Of a DNA stretch of 64,000 nt, positions 58,963 through 64,000 are shown in pieces (the first letter of the stretch is position 1; each line of letters begins with the position of its first letter). Source of the stretch: Thermoanaerobaculia bacterium (lineage in GTDB: Bacteria; Acidobacteriota; Thermoanaerobaculia; UBA5066); contig CAVRAY010000001.1 in assembly GCA_963719225.1 (NCBI GenBank), forward strand, positions 320,001 through 384,000, given 5' to 3'. The notes beneath the pieces were generated by a model. It ran no database searches and was not told the DNA's origin. It worked only from the letters and a program-made list of their open reading frames with translations. The position numbers and the translations under genes are program-made.

Positions 58963-60745
58963 GCGGGGCGTCCAGCCGGAAGACGGGCACGAGGCCGACG
59001 GTCTCGTCGAACCAGGGCGTCCGGCGGTAGAAGAAGCGGTGGCGCGCGCGCGCGTCGCCCGCGAACACCGGATCCCTGAGCTTCTCCTCCCACTCCGCCT
59101 TCAGCGCGGGGTCCTTCGCGAGCATTTCCCGGGCGAGCGCATCGAGGACGCGCGTGTCCATGTATTCCTTCTCCTCGAGGCACGAAGAGAGCTCGCCCCA
59201 GGCGAAGAGGGAGTCGGGACTCTCGGGCTCGAGAAGGGCGATCGCCACGTTCGCGAGCTCCGTGTCGAGCGGCACGTGGAGCGAGCCGGCCGGGATCACG
59301 CGCGTCTCTTTCGCGCGCGCGATCTTCGCCTCCACGCGCACGCGCCCCTGGTACGAGCTCTTCGCGAAGACGGCCGAGGAGGCGCGCGACGTCCCGACGG
59401 CAAGCGTGCGGGCCGCGGGGAGCACGTCGTACCGGATGCCGTGCGCCTTCAGTCGTTCTTCCACGTTCCCGAAGCCCGGCGGGATCAGGTACGCCGCGGG
59501 GCGCGGCACCGTCACGGTCGCCCGCGCGTGCTCGAGGCTCGGAACGTGGATCGTCTTCCTGCGTGTCGGGTCCCAGCGCACGACCGGCCGGCCCGTGACC
59601 TCCGAGACGGCCTGCCTCCACTCGTACGTCGGAAAGGCGACGGTCTCCGGCCGCGCGGGATCTCCTTCGGCCGCGACGACGATGGGTGCGCCGGGGGGAG
59701 CCGTGCGCGCGGCCGAGCGCGCCTTCTCGCGCGCTTCCAGAAGGCCTTTCGCGCTCCTGGCCGTGCGCTCGAGGAGGGCCCGGAGAAAGACGGCGTTCGA
59801 CCGGACGCGGTCGCCGAACGACTTGATCGCGTGCGTCTCGACGAGGATCGAGGGTACGTTCCGGACCGGAAAGTAGCCGGTGGAATACCGCGGGGAAAAG
59901 ACCGACGAGTCGAATCCCTTCATCGGATCGCCGGAGTCGCGGAAGTCGACGTACGCGTTGTTCGTGACGAAGCCTTCGCCCTCGACGTCGGACAGCGCCT
60001 TCGGGACGACGGACTTCAGCCAGCTCCGGAGCGGCTCCGGCGTGACGGGCTCGTTCGCGTACGAGACCGTGAGCGTCGCCTGGAAGTCTGCCCCGTCCGT
60101 CACGTGGTCGTCCACGAAGAGGTCCGGCTTCCAGGCGTCCGCGAGAGCGAGGAGCGCGCGCGTCTCTTTCGCGTCGGCCTTCACGAAGTCCCGGTTCAGG
60201 TCCAGGCCCCGCGCATTCGACCGGAAGCCCATCTCCTCGGGACCGTTCTGGTTCGGACGGTTGTACGGCGAGACCCGCACGTACCCGTCGACGTTGTAGA
60301 CGACGACCGCCACGAGCGTGACGCCGTCGAAGAGCTCGAGCCGGTTCGTGAGCGCGATGTCGCGCAGGAGCATCAGGGTCGCGTCGGTGCCGTCCACCTC
60401 GCCGGCATGAATGGAGTTCAGGACGAGGACCACGGGCTTCGCGCTCTTGAAACGCTCGGCGGGGTCGAAGAGCTTGTCTTTCGAGGCCACGACCACCGGG
60501 ATGCGCCGCCCCTGCTCGCTCGGGCCGATGAACGAAACACGGAGGTAAGGTGACAGCCGCTCGAGACGCGTCAGGAAAGCGAGCACCTCGTCGTACGTCT
60601 GGGTTTTCCGGAAGCCTGTCAGTTCCCCTTGCGTGAGGAGGTCGGGAGGCACGGGGATCTGGGGACGCTGTGCCGCGCACGTCGCGGCTGAGATGAGGAA
60701 GGCGAAGAGGACGGCCGCAGGAATGGCGAGGGGACGTGCGTGCAT
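58907..60745 (-). CDS. M14 zinc carboxypeptidase, secreted
   Basis: Signal peptide, IHAGE, NVDG, DLNRD, DDHVTDG. Confidence 0.92.
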   Translation of the reverse strand: MHARPLAIPAAVLFAFLISAATCAAQRPQIPVPPDLLTQGELTGFRKTQTYDEVLAFLTRLERLSPYLRVSFIGPSEQGRRIPVVVASKDKLFDPAERFKSAKPVVLVLNSIHAGEVDGTDATLMLLRDIALTNRLELFDGVTLVAVVVYNVDGYVRVSPYNRPNQNGPEEMGFRSNARGLDLNRDFVKADAKETRALLALADAWKPDLFVDDHVTDGADFQATLTVSYANEPVTPEPLRSWLKSVVPKALSDVEGEGFVTNNAYVDFRDSGDPMKGFDSSVFSPRYSTGYFPVRNVPSILVETHAIKSFGDRVRSNAVFLRALLERTARSAKGLLEAREKARSAARTAPPGAPIVVAAEGDPARPETVAFPTYEWRQAVSEVTGRPVVRWDPTRRKTIHVPSLEHARATVTVPRPAAYLIPPGFGNVEERLKAHGIRYDVLPAARTLAVGTSRASSAVFAKSSYQGRVRVEAKIARAKETRVIPAGSLHVPLDTELANVAIALLEPESPDSLFAWGELSSCLEEKEYMDTRVLDALAREMLAKDPALKAEWEEKLRDPVFAGDARARHRFFYRRTPWFDETVGLVPVFRLDAPLSASAPPAGAPASGGGRE

Positions 60746-60754
60746 GGGTGGAGG

Positions 60755-63088
60755 TTAACGCGGGATTTCCACGTGCGGAGCGCGCAACGTCTCGCGCTTC
60801 AGCTGAGCCGCTCGAAACGTCGCGGGCTCTCCCGCGGCGGACCGTGAAAGCCGGAGATCGACGAACGGCCCTTCCGAGGGACAAAGTGTGACCCTGAGCT
60901 CCGGGCCATCGAGCGCGATCTCCATTGGTGCGGCCGGCGTTCCACAAGATCCCCTCACCTCGTCGCCGGTGCGAAGCGCACGATCGGCTGTGAGGACCAG
61001 GACGGCGGGGCTGCCCGTGGCTTTCACGAGGGCGCTCGGGATGCGGAGATGCAGGAGCGGAGAGTCCCAGGCGAGGCCCTCGGGGAGGGCGAAGTTTGCG
61101 ATCAGTCCGCTTCCTTCCCGATCGAAATGGAGCCGGTACTGGTCCGGGTGCAAGCGGAAGAACGAATCCGCCTGCCCCGGATGCAGGAAGCTGCGGGGAA
61201 GGGGTTGCCCCGGCCTCGTCACCCCCTGCCCGGCCGGGTTCCGGAATTGCCCGGTCAGCGCACCTTCGAGCCGTCCAGTCGCGATGCCGGCTGCGATCTC
61301 TTCCTCCGCCACGGGAAGAAATCGAATCATAGGCAACGAGCGGAAGAGGTGAAAGACCGTGTCGTTGTATTCCGGGGCGATCCCGAGCGTGGCGCCGCCG
61401 GGATACATCTCGGGCAGGTGCCTCGTCCACCAGGACATCACGTCCTCGCGCAAACCGTCCCCGAAGTCCCTCCTGCGGTACTCGCCACGACGGATCCCGT
61501 CCGGCCCCGAAGCCGTCACCGCCACGGCGACGACGAGAGCCGCAGCGCAGAGCGCGGTCACGACGGCGAAACGTCCTCGTCCCCGGCTCAGCCGCGGGAC
61601 CGTGGCGGCCGAGACGAGCGGAAGGGCGACGAGAAAGTACCGCACTTGCGCTCCCCAGGGCTGCGACATGAGTAAGAAAGCAATGGACCATCCGGCAGCC
61701 ATGAAGACGAAGCAGGCCTCCGAGAGGTGGGCCGGATCCCGCTTTCTTCGGAAGTCGCGCAGTGCAAGGACGAGGACGATCGGCGAAACGAGGACCGAAA
61801 GAAAGCCGACCGGGCCGAAGCCGGAGAGGTCCTCGTTGGGAATCCATCGGCCGTGCAGGAAAGCGGGGCGCATCTCGTGGAACGAGGCGTCCCGCCCGAG
61901 GATCCCGGCGAGGGCCGAGAACACCGCGTCCTGGGTGCGAACAACTAGGCTCTGGTCCGTCCGGACGAGCCCCGGCCAATCGAGCATCTGCTCGAGGTAG
62001 CGCAGCGCGTTGGACAGCTGGTCGAGCTGCCAGGAGGCGCTCCCGGCGTAGGCGAGCTCCCATGCGCGGTGTGAACCGGCGAGCTTGCCGAATTCGGCGA
62101 GGTTGAGGGCGTAGTTGTACGCGCCGAACACGACGAAGCCGATCGCGGCCGCGGCGCCGAGGCGCGGCAGAGACTCGAGCTTCTTCCGCGAGGCGGCCAG
62201 GACGGCAAGAGCGATTGCCAGAGCCGGAACCAGGAACAGGAACGTGAGCTTCGTTCCGGCGGCCAGTCCGAACGCGAGGCCGAAGTACACGAGATCCCCG
62301 AGGTTCTCCTGTTGTGAGGAGAGTACGAGACGCATACCGAAGAAGACCGCGCAGGCGCCCGCTGCCGCGACGAGAAGGTCGGTCTGCGAGGAGCCCATCT
62401 GGAGAATCGCCAGCGGCCACGTCAGCGCGAGGACGCCCGTGAAGAGCGCGATCGCGCGGCCCGCGCCGGCGAGGCGCGCGAATGCCGCCGTCGCCGCGGC
62501 GACCGCGAGACCCGCCGTCCACTGCGGGACGTGGAGCCCGGAGAAACCGCTGGACAGGGCGAGGATCCAGGCGAAGACGAACGACGCGTTCGGCGGCATC
62601 TCGTTCATGCGGAAGTCGACCGTCGGGAAGTGCCGCGCGGAACCGAGCTGAATCCAGTAATAGGCCCGCGGGAGATGATGGGCGTTGGCGTCGCCGTTGA
62701 GCGGGGGGTAGAAGAACGAGAGAGCCAGGTTGGCCAGAACGAGAAGACCGACCGCCGTCGCGAAGAGCGCGAGGCCGGGGGACTCCCGGACGAACGCCCG
62801 TACCGCCTCGGCGGTGCCGCGCGGCCACGGAACGAGCCGTCCGTTTCCCAGGCGCACGAAAGCGATCAGCGCCGCACCGAACAGGATCACGTGCGCGGTC
62901 AGCATTCCTGCGCGCCCCAGGGCGTGGAGCTCCGATAGGATCTCGGAGATCAGGACGATCTGACCGAAGGAGAGGAGCCAGATCGACAGGAATGACGCGA
63001 AGATCCCCCTGGTCGGAAGAAAAGAGCGGAGGAGAAGGCTGGTCGCGAGAGCGAGAGCTCCCGCGACTCCCATGGCGATCGCGCCCAC
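60755..63088 (-). CDS. GT-C fold (ArnT/PMT-like) membrane glycosyltransferase
   Basis: Many TMs, DANAHHLPR, QTDL, LAAGTK, RYFLV. Confidence 0.75.
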   Translation of the reverse strand: MGAIAMGVAGALALATSLLLRSFLPTRGIFASFLSIWLLSFGQIVLISEILSELHALGRAGMLTAHVILFGAALIAFVRLGNGRLVPWPRGTAEAVRAFVRESPGLALFATAVGLLVLANLALSFFYPPLNGDANAHHLPRAYYWIQLGSARHFPTVDFRMNEMPPNASFVFAWILALSSGFSGLHVPQWTAGLAVAAATAAFARLAGAGRAIALFTGVLALTWPLAILQMGSSQTDLLVAAAGACAVFFGMRLVLSSQQENLGDLVYFGLAFGLAAGTKLTFLFLVPALAIALAVLAASRKKLESLPRLGAAAAIGFVVFGAYNYALNLAEFGKLAGSHRAWELAYAGSASWQLDQLSNALRYLEQMLDWPGLVRTDQSLVVRTQDAVFSALAGILGRDASFHEMRPAFLHGRWIPNEDLSGFGPVGFLSVLVSPIVLVLALRDFRRKRDPAHLSEACFVFMAAGWSIAFLLMSQPWGAQVRYFLVALPLVSAATVPRLSRGRGRFAVVTALCAAALVVAVAVTASGPDGIRRGEYRRRDFGDGLREDVMSWWTRHLPEMYPGGATLGIAPEYNDTVFHLFRSLPMIRFLPVAEEEIAAGIATGRLEGALTGQFRNPAGQGVTRPGQPLPRSFLHPGQADSFFRLHPDQYRLHFDREGSGLIANFALPEGLAWDSPLLHLRIPSALVKATGSPAVLVLTADRALRTGDEVRGSCGTPAAPMEIALDGPELRVTLCPSEGPFVDLRLSRSAAGEPATFRAAQLKRETLRAPHVEIPR

Positions 63089-63169
63089 GGAGGGCAGCTT
63101 AGAGCAGCACCCCGCTTGACGGGACCGCGTGGAAAAGTCGTGTGAACTATTGTGAAGGGAGGAAATCGT

Positions 63170-63553
63170 ATGAAGCGCCTGCTCGCCATCGTTCTCGTCG
63201 CCCTTACGGCAGCCTCAGCCCTCGCGGCGGGGCGGGCCTCCCTGAACGTCTACTTCCAGAGCAACCTCAAGAACACGGCCTATCAGAACAGGACTTTCGA
63301 GAAAGCCGTGAAGGCGTGGAGGGCGCCCGAGGCCTCGCAGGTCCCGGACGTCGGCAGGAAGGCCGTCGTGCAGGCCGTCATCGCGAAGGACGGGAAGCTC
63401 ATCTCCGCGGTCGTCTCCATGAGCTCGGGCAAGAAAGGCTGGGATTCAGCGGCGCTCGCCACGGTCCGGTCAGCCGCGCCTTTCGATCCTCTTCCCGAGG
63501 GCTACTCGGCGTCGACGATCGAAGTTCACTTCCACGTGAGCGTCGTCCCGTAG
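63170..63553 (+). CDS. Secreted TonB/TolA C-terminal domain protein
   Basis: GGAGG RBS, signal peptide, IAKDGKL...SSG...WDSAAL...AAPF.PLP. Confidence 0.85.
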   Translation: MKRLLAIVLVALTAASALAAGRASLNVYFQSNLKNTAYQNRTFEKAVKAWRAPEASQVPDVGRKAVVQAVIAKDGKLISAVVSMSSGKKGWDSAALATVRSAAPFDPLPEGYSASTIEVHFHVSVVP

Positions 63554-63562
63554 CTCCAGCGA

Positions 63563-63865
63563 TCAGAGCAGGATCGACCACGCGCGTCTGCCGTGAAGCA
63601 CCCGATAGACCCAGACGACGCGTCCAGAGACCTTGAAGAAGTTCAGGTAGGGCTGCCGGACGAGGAACCGGAATCCCCGCCGGCGGAGATGCTCGTCCCG
63701 AGGGCGGGAACCGCGCTCCGGCCACCGGGCGAGGCCCTCGATGGCGTCGAGCAGATCGCCGACGATTCGGCCGGCCGATTCCGGAGCTTCGTGGCCGAGG
63801 TAAGAGCGAAGCTCGACGAGGTCACTCTCCGCCCGCTTGAGAACGCGGACGCGATGGGTCTTCAA
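63563..63865 (-). CDS. RelE/ParE family toxin
   Basis: AESDL...L.R.PERG...R...Y..F...V.V.RVLHG. Confidence 0.88.
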   Translation of the reverse strand: MKTHRVRVLKRAESDLVELRSYLGHEAPESAGRIVGDLLDAIEGLARWPERGSRPRDEHLRRRGFRFLVRQPYLNFFKVSGRVVWVYRVLHGRRAWSILL

Positions 63866-64000
63866 CCGCGAAGTCGTCGACGGAGGACCTTTGGAGAGGT
63901 ACCGGTGTCCCCGGCCCGCCTGTCCTGCTCGGCCTCATCCAGGCGGGCGTAGAGCTCCGTGCGAGCCTTTTCGCGTTCCCACGCGGCGGCACTGAGAATC
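63862..64000 (-). CDS. Antitoxin (probably Phd/YefM), 5' end beyond window
   Basis: ...ILSAAAWEREKARTELYARLDEAEQDRRAG...LRG*, stop overlaps the toxin TTG. Confidence 0.7.
   Translation of the reverse strand, partial: ILSAAAWEREKARTELYARLDEAEQDRRAGDTGTSPKVLRRRLRG

Overview
High-GC bacterial chromosomal window; gene content suggests Acidobacteriota, probably Thermoanaerobaculia (inference). The backbone is a conserved core locus: tRNA-Arg(ACG), tadA, two tRNA-Ser, SRP RNA, dnaX, recR and mglB-mglA. It is interrupted by large secreted or surface repeat proteins, two GH57 glycogen enzymes, an OPT transporter, nadA, an ECF43-type sigma/Ser-Thr kinase pair and several type II toxin-antitoxin genes. 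The most striking region is 48.8-55.9 kb. A classical arsR-arsM-acr3-arsC operon with two ATCAA-N6-TTGAT boxes converges on a second operon. That operon encodes a DUF2064/TIGR04282-type nucleotidyl/glycosyltransferase, an unusual RRE-like + radical SAM + Cys-less SPASM-like + ArsM-type methyltransferase fusion, and a PiT-family transporter, and is a candidate undescribed organoarsenical biosynthesis system. Also notable are a Tes/GDGT-MAS-like radical SAM lacking the rubredoxin domain, a shared ~480-aa duplicated module in two secreted proteins, and many apparently leaderless genes. Several single-base frameshifts (dnaX, dinB-like, arsR, arsM, PiT) are probably consensus errors. All family calls are from motif recognition by eye, not database searches.
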